The notes beneath the pieces are model-generated. The model was not told the origin of the DNA. It worked only from the letters and a program-made list of their open reading frames with translations, and did no database searches. Of a DNA stretch of 36,188 bases, positions 1-7,446 are shown piece by piece; the first letter of the stretch is position 1, and every line of letters begins with the position of its first letter. The DNA comes from a virus (Duplodnaviria > Caudoviricetes). The DNA is taken from IMG/VR virus record IMGVR_UViG_3300005611_000091, positions 1-36,188 of that record; one strand, written 5' to 3'. The translations under genes and the position numbers were made by a program.

Positions 1-1
1 T

Positions 2-475
2 CGCCGTGTAGCGAAGCCCCCCGAACCGCGCGTTGCGTTCCGGCAGGATTGCTGCGGTGCCGAACGCACCGAGGCCCATGTAGGCCTCGTGCTGCTGGCT
101 CGCGTAGTTCGCCTTCGGCGCGTAGCGATGCTTGAACAGGACGCGTGTCGCCTCCTCGAACCACAGCTTTGTTTCACGGTCCTTGTCGAGATACGGGTCC
201 GACGCTTTCAGCCGGTGCCATGTCTGGTTCCGCGGTGTGAGCATACTCTCCATCGCCGCGGCAAACCGCTCCAACCCGAGGGCGGCGGTACTGTCGAACA
301 TCTTCTCGGTGCGCTTCTCGCCCCGGGTGATCTGCTCACCGGCCGTTGCCTGCATGTACGTGGAGTAGCGGGGCATGACGCGCTCTGCCACTTCTTCCCA
401 GTGGCTCCGCCAGTTCCCTAGTTCACCATCAAGCTTGTCGTACCGTTTGATGATTTCTTCGGCGATCTTATCCAT
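2..475 (-). CDS. Portal (head-tail connector) protein, 5' part; runs off the window start
   Basis: Not in the ORF track. Manual translation MDKIAEEIIKRYDKLDGELGNWRSHWEEVAERVMP...KMFDSTAALGLERFAAAMESMLTPRNQTWHRL resembles T7/BPP-1-type portal N-termini; GAGGA upstream; downstream of terL. Confidence 0.9.
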   Translation of the reverse strand, partial: MDKIAEEIIKRYDKLDGELGNWRSHWEEVAERVMPRYSTYMQATAGEQITRGEKRTEKMFDSTAALGLERFAAAMESMLTPRNQTWHRLKASDPYLDKDRETKLWFEEATRVLFKHRYAPKANYASQQHEAYMGLGAFGTAAILPERNARFGGLRYTA

Positions 476-586
476 CTAGTTCCTCAGAAGCTGCTGTGCG
501 GTACTCATCAGCGTCGACGCCGTCTTACTTTTCCGCTTCGGTTGCGGTGCCGGCTTGGACTTCAGATCACCGAACAGACCGCCCAT
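476..586 (-). CDS. 36-aa small protein MGGLFGDLKSKPAPQPKRKSKTASTLMSTAQQLLRN, apparent paralog of the upstream gene
   Basis: Manual translation; TAATG overlap with the 586..798 stop; fills the gap to the portal ATG exactly. Confidence 0.7.
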   Translation of the reverse strand: MGGLFGDLKSKPAPQPKRKSKTASTLMSTAQQLLRN

Positions 587-798
587 TACGCGTTGCCGAG
601 AAGCTGCTTCGTCGGGGCTGCATCCTCACTCGCCACGCCTTGCGGGCTGGTCTTGATCGTGGATGCCCGTCCCTGCGCCCGCGCGCGGCGCTGGCGCTCT
701 GCCAATGCCTCGGCCCTGACATCCGCGTCTGAGCGTGTTGGTGCTTCGGGGGGTTCCACTACCGCGGGGGTGGAACCCCCGCCAAACAATCCGCCCAT
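586..798 (-). CDS. 70-aa small virion-associated protein (pre-portal position, like T7 gp6.7/7.3)
   Basis: GGAG RBS; MGGLFGGG start, Pro-rich linker, Arg-rich helix, ends QLLGNA. Confidence 0.75.
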   Translation of the reverse strand: MGGLFGGGSTPAVVEPPEAPTRSDADVRAEALAERQRRARAQGRASTIKTSPQGVASEDAAPTKQLLGNA

Positions 799-822
799 GC
801 TAGAACTCCAGAAAAATAATAA

Positions 823-2358
823 TTATATTACCGCGTAATCCATGCCCTTGGCAACAGGCATTCTTCCCAGCCTCCGGCGGGCGGTGGCGTTGTCCTTCCG
901 GGCGATCACCCGGTCGAAGGTGATTGCCAGTGCATCGCCGTTGTTCGGGCTGGCATACCCCCGCCGCTTCATCTTGTCCTTCGGCTCCAGCTTCAACTGC
1001 CCCTTGAGGCTGTAGTCGTACATCGGTGCCGCCAGGTCGTCGCACAGCGGCCCGTCGTCGGGCAGGGTGGCTGTTGGTAGCCAATCCCTCATCTTCCCCC
1101 ACAACTCGGTCCTGCGGTTCGCGTAGACGTCCTTGTTGTCCGGGCTACCGCCCGCCGTAACCTCGATCACCCGGAAACCGTATTCCTTCATGATGTCGAT
1201 CACCCCGCCGCCGACACCATCACCCTCGATGAACACCGCGTCGGGTTTGTACTTCTCGATCGCCTCGGCGCAGTGCTGTGCCAGTTCAACGATGCTACAT
1301 CGCTTGTATTTCTGCCACGGGATGATACTTGCGTCCCGGCCCTGCCGGAACGCTATCACCGCCTCGTCGTCGCCGAACCGTGCCGGGTCAACGCCCATGA
1401 CGAGGGCCGCACCTGGATCATCGGTCGGTTCGCGGGCCTTGGCGTCGTCCACCTCGCCCCGGCTGATGAACTGCGTGTCGCCCTGCCGCGGGAACATGCC
1501 GTAGACCTCGACCCGGGCCTCGTCCGAGTCCTCGCCGTACTGGTCGATGATGTCCTGGTAAATCTGCGCGTCGTTCTCGCTCACGGTGCGCGCGTCGATC
1601 GTCGCAGTGTCCCACGTACTGCGGTTGCCGTTGAAGCACTCGAAGAACGCGCCGGACGGATTACGCGGGTTGCTGATCGCGATCCAGAAGCGATGGACCG
1701 TCGAGTCGGTGAAGAAGCCCTGTGTCACAGGCCAGATGACCGAGGGTATGCCGCTGGCCTCGTCGAACAGGACGGTCATGCCCCGTTGAGAGTGAAGCCC
1801 CGCGAAAGCGTCGGGGTTCTCCTCGGACCAGAGCGATGCCTCGATGTACCAGTATGCCGGATCGAAGTCTGTTGTCTTGAGCAAGGCTTCGATCAGCCAC
1901 GGTGCCGGCTTGAGGCTCATAGCGTTGTGGTCGTACCAATGGGCGTTGATCGCCATTGTCGCCCACTTGCGAATCTCGGGGAACGTCCTCGTCCGTAGCT
2001 GGCCTTCCGTGTTCGCACTGACGATTGTCGTGCTGGAGGGTATGCATGAGAACATCCAGCCCGCGACCCATGCGAGGAATGCCGACTTGCCGATCCCGCG
2101 CCCTGACGCTCGGGCCATCTTCAACAGTTCCGGTGCGAGTTCCTGCCGCTGGCGGTTGCGGTTCTCTGCGATGTGGTCCCGCATCTTTGCGAGGGCAATT
2201 CTCTGCCACTCGCGGGGACCGTGGTCGTTTTCCAGAGGGGAGTTCGGTTTGCCCCACGGGTAGGTGTACATGACATATGCCAGTGGGTCATCGGCGAAAC
2301 CGAGCATTGTTGCCAGCAGTTGCTGGTCTTGCGCTGTAGGTTGGTACTTGTTGGACAT
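823..2358 (-). CDS. terL: Terminase large subunit
   Basis: Walker A ASGRGIGKS, Walker B VLFDEASG, ISNP coupling motif, nuclease motif GVDPARFGDD, C-terminal SPNNGDALA. Confidence 0.96.
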   Translation of the reverse strand: MSNKYQPTAQDQQLLATMLGFADDPLAYVMYTYPWGKPNSPLENDHGPREWQRIALAKMRDHIAENRNRQRQELAPELLKMARASGRGIGKSAFLAWVAGWMFSCIPSSTTIVSANTEGQLRTRTFPEIRKWATMAINAHWYDHNAMSLKPAPWLIEALLKTTDFDPAYWYIEASLWSEENPDAFAGLHSQRGMTVLFDEASGIPSVIWPVTQGFFTDSTVHRFWIAISNPRNPSGAFFECFNGNRSTWDTATIDARTVSENDAQIYQDIIDQYGEDSDEARVEVYGMFPRQGDTQFISRGEVDDAKAREPTDDPGAALVMGVDPARFGDDEAVIAFRQGRDASIIPWQKYKRCSIVELAQHCAEAIEKYKPDAVFIEGDGVGGGVIDIMKEYGFRVIEVTAGGSPDNKDVYANRRTELWGKMRDWLPTATLPDDGPLCDDLAAPMYDYSLKGQLKLEPKDKMKRRGYASPNNGDALAITFDRVIARKDNATARRRLGRMPVAKGMDYAVI

Positions 2359-2424
2359 TTTTAAAAAATTTTAAAAAATCTGGCGGCGTGACCACCACAC
2401 GTTTCACGGCGCGGCGCGAAATCC

Positions 2425-2436
2425 GGGGGTACCCCC
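2425..2436. other. GGGGGTACCCCC palindrome with adjacent C-runs; candidate packaging or terminus signal
   Basis: Perfect 12-bp palindrome in the terS-terL gap, near A/T tracts; function inferred from position only. Confidence 0.4.
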
Positions 2437-2537
2437 CGCCATACCCCCCCGTCCAAAATGCGGCAAGCGGCAGGCCGGCACCCGTTCGCGCTGCAACCAA
2501 CAAGGGAAAGCGCGCCAGATATCCAGCGCCAAAATGT

Positions 2538-2550
2538 TAAGTGTTTGATT
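2538..2550 (-). promoter_or_regulatory. IHF binding site
   Basis: Minus strand AATCAAACACTTA is an exact match to WATCAANNNNTTR, with an A/T-rich 5' flank. Confidence 0.65.
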
Positions 2551-2563
2551 TTATTGGGTTTGT

Positions 2564-2591
2564 TTGTCGCATAATGTGTATTATGGATAAA
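2564..2591 (+). other. dif: dif-like XerC/XerD recombination site
   Basis: TTGTCGCATAA-TGTGTA-TTATGGATAAA vs E. coli dif GGTGCGCATAA-TGTATA-TTATGTTAAAT; 11-6-11 layout, central 18 bp match at 17 positions; intergenic. Confidence 0.75.
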
Positions 2592-2611
2592 CAGGTACGA
2601 TAAAGCCCGGA

Positions 2612-2965
2612 TTACCGCCATTTCTTAACATCCTCTGAATCTGGCGTTATATCAATGACCTGGCTTTGCATTTTTTCGAGCCGGGCCTGTGCGGTAGCCA
2701 TAGCGTCTGACAGGTTTATGACGGCTAAGGTGTGGCTTGTGTTGACTTCGCTCGGTATCACCTTACCGATTAGCGCCGCATACGTCTTGCGGTCTTCCTG
2801 AGCCATTGTGATTAGGTAATCTTTGCCGCCAACGTCGTGGAAGCTCTCTCTTAACGCCTGCAAGACTTCTTTACCTAGCGTCATCTGATCTTTAGGCCGA
2901 CCGCTAGGATTAATTGACGGCGCGCCTTTTTTCATTGCGGGATTTCCGCGACCGCGTTTAGCCAT
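2612..2965 (-). CDS. terS: Putative terminase small subunit
   Basis: N-terminal KKGAPSINPSGRPK motif, VGGKDYL...YAALIGKVIP helices, C-terminal VIDITP; upstream of terL. Confidence 0.75.
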   Translation of the reverse strand: MAKRGRGNPAMKKGAPSINPSGRPKDQMTLGKEVLQALRESFHDVGGKDYLITMAQEDRKTYAALIGKVIPSEVNTSHTLAVINLSDAMATAQARLEKMQSQVIDITPDSEDVKKWR

Positions 2966-2995
2966 AGATCACCAATAGCTTAAATTCGATACCAA

Positions 2996-3024
2996 AAAAT
3001 GAACGCGTTCACAACTTTTTGCAA
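2996..3024 (-). promoter_or_regulatory. Putative sigma70 promoter of terS with a palindromic operator
   Basis: TTGCAA-17 nt-CATTTT; palindrome TGAACGCGTTCA (3000-3011) overlaps the spacer and -10. Confidence 0.45.
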
Positions 3025-3043
3025 GCCACATTAAAAAAAGGCT

Positions 3044-3073
3044 TTGTTTATTATTTTGGGCGTGCTATATAAT
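3044..3073 (+). promoter_or_regulatory. Putative early sigma70 promoter
   Basis: TTGTTT-18 nt-TATAAT preceded by an A-tract; GGAG RBS and ATG follow. Confidence 0.6.
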
Positions 3074-3093
3074 GGGCATCGCAAACATGGAGA

Positions 3094-3870
3094 ATGAACA
3101 TGATCACGAATATTACGGAACTGAAAAAAGCACTAAAGCGCGGCACCTGGACGGGCGTAGTTTTGTATGACGGTCCTAGCTTACTTGATGGCGCGCCTAT
3201 CGTCGCGATTGCCAATCGAATCGAAGTTTCATCCAAAAACGATAAAACGGGCGCAATGGTCCAGACTTGGATCATACCGAGAGATATAGATCCGCATGCC
3301 GCGACTAAATCCGGTGACGATTCCAGCGTATGCGGCGATTGCCCATTGCGACCGGCAAACGCTGCGAAAAATGCGCCGCGCTGTTATGTCAAAACATTTC
3401 AAGCCCCTAAATCCACTTGGAAAGCATATCATCGGAATCGGTATGCGCGCCCGGGCGTGGATTTTGATGCCGCGCTATTGCCGGAATTGTTTGCCGGTAA
3501 AACCGTTCGCATTGGCTCATATGGCGACCCCGCAGCTGTGCCGGTTGCTATCTGGCGCGACTATACCAAACACGCCAAAGCATGGACAGGTTATACTCAC
3601 CAATGGCGCGATAATGACGCATTGCGCGAGCTTGTAATGGCCAGCGCAGATAGCGCGGCGGATCATGCCAACGCGCTAGCTATGGGATGGCGCTCGTTCC
3701 GCGTTCGTTTGCCAGGCGAAAAGCTTGGGAAAGCGGAGATCGCTTGCCCGGCATCCAAAGAAGCTGGACAGCGTACGCAATGCGCCACGTGCAAGCTTTG
3801 CCAGGGCGCTAGCATCGCCGCTAAGTCAATCGCGATACGCGACCACGGGCCGGCTGCTAAGCGGGCTTGA
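3094..3870 (+). CDS. Cys-rich conserved phage protein (Gp88-like, possibly a degenerate radical-SAM fold)
   Basis: NDKTGAMVQTW, VCGDCP...CYV, VRIGSYGDP, GYTHQW, MASAD, CPAS...CATCKLC, terminal DHG. Confidence 0.7.
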   Translation: MNMITNITELKKALKRGTWTGVVLYDGPSLLDGAPIVAIANRIEVSSKNDKTGAMVQTWIIPRDIDPHAATKSGDDSSVCGDCPLRPANAAKNAPRCYVKTFQAPKSTWKAYHRNRYARPGVDFDAALLPELFAGKTVRIGSYGDPAAVPVAIWRDYTKHAKAWTGYTHQWRDNDALRELVMASADSAADHANALAMGWRSFRVRLPGEKLGKAEIACPASKEAGQRTQCATCKLCQGASIAAKSIAIRDHGPAAKRA

Positions 3871-3913
3871 TACAGCCAGCAACCGGGATGTGCCCGGTTG
3901 CTGGTATGTGTCA
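3868..3913 (+). other. About 20-bp intergenic RNA stem without U-tract (possible RNase III site)
   Basis: TGATACA-GCCAGCAACCGGG-atgtg-CCCGGTTGCTGGT-a-TGTGTCA. Confidence 0.5.
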
Positions 3914-3943
3914 ATTCTGGCGCAATTGGAGAGAGGTTAAATA

Positions 3944-4138
3944 ATGTCTTTTAAACCCGTGTTTATCATGCCCGACGGCGAGCGCGCTTCCAACGCGCAG
4001 AGGTTCGAGACGCGCGCAGAAGCTATTGCGAGTGCGCGCGCGCGCTTCATGCGTTGGACTATGCCAGCGGATTATGATGCCGAGCAAAGCGGCGACCCCA
4101 TCAATTACAAATATCAGGATGGAGATATTGCGATATGA
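3944..4138 (+). CDS. Hypothetical early protein (64 aa)
   Basis: GGAGAGAGG RBS; ATGA overlap with the next ORF. Confidence 0.8.
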   Translation: MSFKPVFIMPDGERASNAQRFETRAEAIASARARFMRWTMPADYDAEQSGDPINYKYQDGDIAI

Positions 4139-4299
4139 AAGCGACATCTGAATACCTCAACCGCCCAACACTCACAGAACGCGAACGCGCGCTAGTAGAC
4201 GCGTTGCGCGATCTTATTGAAAAGACCCCCGCACCGGCGACCAGGAAAGCTACCAAAGCTTGGGATACCGCCCGCGCCATTCTGGCGGAGTTATCCTGA
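4135..4299 (+). CDS. Hypothetical protein (54 aa, MKATSEYLNRPTLTERERALVDALRDL...ARAILAELS)
   Basis: Manual translation; GGAG RBS; overlaps both neighbours. Confidence 0.7.
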   Translation: MKATSEYLNRPTLTERERALVDALRDLIEKTPAPATRKATKAWDTARAILAELS

Positions 4300-4376
4300 T
4301 GGAGTGGCTCGCATATGGCGCAATCCACATCGGTGTAATTGTCGCGCTGGTCCTGTTCCTGACGCGTGGGACTTGA
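4299..4376 (+). CDS. 25-aa single-TM peptide MEWLAYGAIHIGVIVALVLFLTRGT
   Basis: Manual translation; TGATG overlap; GGAG RBS; hydrophobic core. Confidence 0.5.
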   Translation: MEWLAYGAIHIGVIVALVLFLTRGT

Positions 4377-4491
4377 TCGACATTGCAATTCTATAGACCG
4401 CAACACAAACACAAACCAGGAGAAAATCATACCAAAATTCATTCACGACACCGTACCAAGCTGAACCCGTTTGATCGACATTGCTACAGAC

Positions 4492-4518
4492 CGCCGGGGC
4501 AAAAACCCCGGCGTTTTT
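4492..4518 (+). terminator. Rho-independent terminator ending the early block
   Basis: CGCCGGGG-caaaaa-CCCCGGCG then TTTTT. Confidence 0.8.
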
Positions 4519-4830
4519 ACCTGTTACCTCGAAAAACGGCGGTTTCCTGCCGCATACAGGCTGAAAGGTAACAGCAGGTAACTGGTAGACCGCCGCACCT
4601 GTTACCTCGCCCGATGGCGGTTTTCTGCGGCTTACAGGCTGAAAGGTAACAGGTAACAGGTAAAATACTATTTAACGTATATAGGGTAAGTATATATTAC
4701 ATATATACGCATCCCTATAGGGGGTAATGACATTTCACCTGTTACCTGTTACCTGTTACCTTTCGGCCCGAAACCCGCAGAAAACCGCCATTTCAAAAGG
4801 TAACAGGTCTACAGTTTACCTGTTACCTTT
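4519..4830. repeat. Putative replication origin: CTGTTACC iterons, three 56-bp units, AT-rich palindromic core
   Basis: Units at 4519-4574 and 4597-4652 (direct) and 4753-4808 (inverted); tandem GGTAACA/TGTTACC heptamers flank an AT-rich hairpin at 4680-4719; next to the helicase 3' end. Confidence 0.8.
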
Positions 4831-6323
4831 TCGACCGTTTCGGCCAACATTTTTCGAATTGTAATGTTTGACATTACATTTTGCGTCCAGACGCGGTGAA
4901 CTTCACCATCCATCTTCAACGTGCAGGGGGTAACTTGATACCCCAACCGTTTTAAAACCATCGCTTTAGACCGCGTATCCAACTTGAAACCAGGATACCT
5001 GATCGACACTTCCTTCCACAAATACGCCGACGAAATACAACCTTCCGTCACATAAAGCGCACCGCGATCAATCACAGAGCGGGCCTCTTCCAACCCCTCG
5101 AATGATGCTTCCTCGGTGGCGACCATCGCCAGCTTTGCATCGGTCATCGGAGCCTGACGCATCCGGTAGAACGACGCCGGGATGTCATAATCGAGCATGA
5201 ACCGCACCACCTCCGAACGATACCGGACCAGCCCATCAAACAGCGCCGGAAAATAATCGTCCTTGTCCATCCCGACAGCGGCAGACACGTCATCCAGCCC
5301 TCGTATGGGCGACTGGATGACCCACCACCGGCGATCAGTCGCCGCCACGGGGATAGCATCCAGCGCGTTAGTAAAGGCGATATAGTTGGTGCAGTTCCGC
5401 GTCACGTAAGGAGTAACGCCCTTCGGGTTGACCTGGATATACTCGTCCGTAATCAGCGGCTTCATCGCGTTGAGTGCCTCGTACCGGTTGTGACCGGCAA
5501 TCTTCAACTCCTCCAGGACGTTGACACACTTGTCCACCGCCCACGCATTGAACTGCGAGGCGACCTGATCGGGCTTGACGACGCCGACGTTCTCGACCCC
5601 GAGACACGCCCGCAACAACGCGCCGAAAAAACTTTTACCAACCCCTTCGATCGACTGTATCAGCGGCGTCCACAATACTTTCTGCCCGTAATTCTGGACG
5701 TTATGCGCCAACCATTGCATCAACACAGCGGCCGTCTCATCCGACCCGGTGAGCAACCGGACGTGGCTCTCGATCATCGCACAATACTCCCGCCCCTCGG
5801 CGGTCAGATCACCCTCACTCGGCAGCGAGTCCGCGTTGAACGTATTGACCACCGGCGATCCGTCCAGATCGACCAGCCGGTCGTCGCAGTCCGGCATATA
5901 GGCGGGCGCATCGACCACGGCCACCCGGCTGTCGTCCATACACCACGTATGAGCGGGCGGCTTACCACCTAGCATACCGCGCGGGACGCGTGAGCCATTC
6001 ATCAGGTTGAACGTCGTGATCGACGCGAACCGACCAGACACCAGGTTGAAATAGGCACCGTGCGACGACACCCAGACCCAGTCCGCGCACCATGAATCGT
6101 CCGGCTCCTCGATGACGACAGACCCCTTCAAGTCCTTGCGGACGACGGCAATCGGCAACCGCACAGAGGTTAACTCCTCGTACCGCGCCCGGTAGGCCAC
6201 GGCCAACCGCTCCCGCTCCTCACCCGACAACGCGGTGTCAGAGATCACCTGCTTGCACTCGACAAGGTACTCCTCATCCCCGCCGGCAATCGCCGCCAGT
6301 GCTTCGTTGAGATCGAACATCAT
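4809..6323 (-). CDS. SF3 (D5/P4-like) primase-associated DNA helicase
   Basis: Walker A QSIEGVGKS, SQFNAW, Walker B VLEEL, AFTN motif C, DRRW arginine finger. Confidence 0.88.
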   Translation of the reverse strand: MMFDLNEALAAIAGGDEEYLVECKQVISDTALSGEERERLAVAYRARYEELTSVRLPIAVVRKDLKGSVVIEEPDDSWCADWVWVSSHGAYFNLVSGRFASITTFNLMNGSRVPRGMLGGKPPAHTWCMDDSRVAVVDAPAYMPDCDDRLVDLDGSPVVNTFNADSLPSEGDLTAEGREYCAMIESHVRLLTGSDETAAVLMQWLAHNVQNYGQKVLWTPLIQSIEGVGKSFFGALLRACLGVENVGVVKPDQVASQFNAWAVDKCVNVLEELKIAGHNRYEALNAMKPLITDEYIQVNPKGVTPYVTRNCTNYIAFTNALDAIPVAATDRRWWVIQSPIRGLDDVSAAVGMDKDDYFPALFDGLVRYRSEVVRFMLDYDIPASFYRMRQAPMTDAKLAMVATEEASFEGLEEARSVIDRGALYVTEGCISSAYLWKEVSIRYPGFKLDTRSKAMVLKRLGYQVTPCTLKMDGEVHRVWTQNVMSNITIRKMLAETVEKVTGKL

Positions 6324-6541
6324 CCTCTCCTTGTACGTCTGGCGAGCGTTGGTTTGCCGGTTATCACCGTGATAATGGTCTCGCCCTCGAAGACGTAACT
6401 TATACCATCGACATAAGAATACAGCGCACCGGCGCGCATGGCGGGTTCGGCCGTCGCGGCCATTTCTTTCTTCATCGCAGCGATATCCAGCTTGTACTTG
6501 CGTTCGAGATACCGCAGGACGGCGTGATCTGTTACGTGCAT
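6320..6541 (-). CDS. Small protein with VTDHAVLRYLER motif
   Basis: GGAGG RBS; overlaps primase stop and helicase start; motif recurrent in phage small proteins. Confidence 0.75.
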   Translation of the reverse strand: MHVTDHAVLRYLERKYKLDIAAMKKEMAATAEPAMRAGALYSYVDGISYVFEGETIITVITGKPTLARRTRRG

Positions 6542-7446
6542 TTAAAAAACCTCCCGGCCAATTCCCGCATATCGCCCGACGCCAACTTCATCAGATCGGC
6601 CACCCCGCGCTCCGCGCAGTGTTCGTGCAGACAGGAAAACCCCCGCACCCCCGACCAACCGCCACAACCACGCCCGATAGGTGAGTACCCGGCGGTGTTA
6701 CCGCCTGACGTGTGCTGGTCCGCCCACGGACAGATAATATCGACGAACTCGCCCCGGTCGCACACAACCAGCCCGCGGTCGACCAACCATTGCAGCAGCA
6801 GGTCTTCTTTAGCCACAACCCCCACGTCTGGCGGACCCACATCCACGATCGGCAGAGCGGCAAGGTCTAGACCGAACTCAAACGCCAACCCGGCCATTGA
6901 GTACCGTGTCTCCGACCAGTGCGCCAGCCGCGCACGATACCCGTCGCGCCCCGGCTTGAGGTTCGCCGACCCTGGCACCCGGACAACGCGATAGGCACCA
7001 CCGGCCCCCCGGTCACCGTAGCCCAGCCGGTGGATAGCCTTCACCAGCGCCTCGAACCGGCCTAACTCCTCGTGCGTCGTCCCGACCAGCGCATAACCCC
7101 ACTGGAACGACCCCGGCGACGTCTCCAGGATATACGTCGGCTCGATAGCCGGCTCGCCGGTCTTGTCGCCTATATCGTCCAGCACCAGTACATACGGCCT
7201 GACCAGGTGCGACCGCCCGCGTAGCAAGCGGCCCTTATCGTTCACGGTCCCGTCCACGGTACAGACGCAATAATACATCGCCCGTGGATCGCTCTCGGGG
7301 TTCCAGCGGCGGAACAGCCGTGAGTCCGCCGAGACATTATTGAACCACATCGCCGTCGGGTCTTCGCGCATCGGAACACCCTCCGAGATGCAGACGACCT
7401 CGTCCGGCCCCGCACCAGTGAACAAGGTTCTTATAAAATCAGTCAT
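6532..7446 (-). CDS. RepB-like (AEP superfamily) DNA primase with C-terminal Zn-binding motif
   Basis: VLVLDDIG, LETSPGSFQWGY, RVVRVPGSANLKPGR; CPWADQH...FSCLHEHC. Confidence 0.85.
   Translation of the reverse strand: MTDFIRTLFTGAGPDEVVCISEGVPMREDPTAMWFNNVSADSRLFRRWNPESDPRAMYYCVCTVDGTVNDKGRLLRGRSHLVRPYVLVLDDIGDKTGEPAIEPTYILETSPGSFQWGYALVGTTHEELGRFEALVKAIHRLGYGDRGAGGAYRVVRVPGSANLKPGRDGYRARLAHWSETRYSMAGLAFEFGLDLAALPIVDVGPPDVGVVAKEDLLLQWLVDRGLVVCDRGEFVDIICPWADQHTSGGNTAGYSPIGRGCGGWSGVRGFSCLHEHCAERGVADLMKLASGDMRELAGRFFKCT

Noticed and set aside
2361-2621. 86-aa ORF across the terS-terL gap
   Set aside because: Translation reads through the dif, IHF and palindrome elements and looks non-protein-like; probably non-coding, though coupling to terL cannot be excluded
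3000-3011. LexA (SOS) box
   Set aside because: GAAC-N2-GTTC fits neither GAAC-N4-GTTC nor the alphaproteobacterial GTTC-N7-GTTC
4519-4830. Repeats as a CRISPR array
   Set aside because: Units are degenerate, partly inverted and lack regular unique spacers; the Cas4-like gene is a standard phage nuclease
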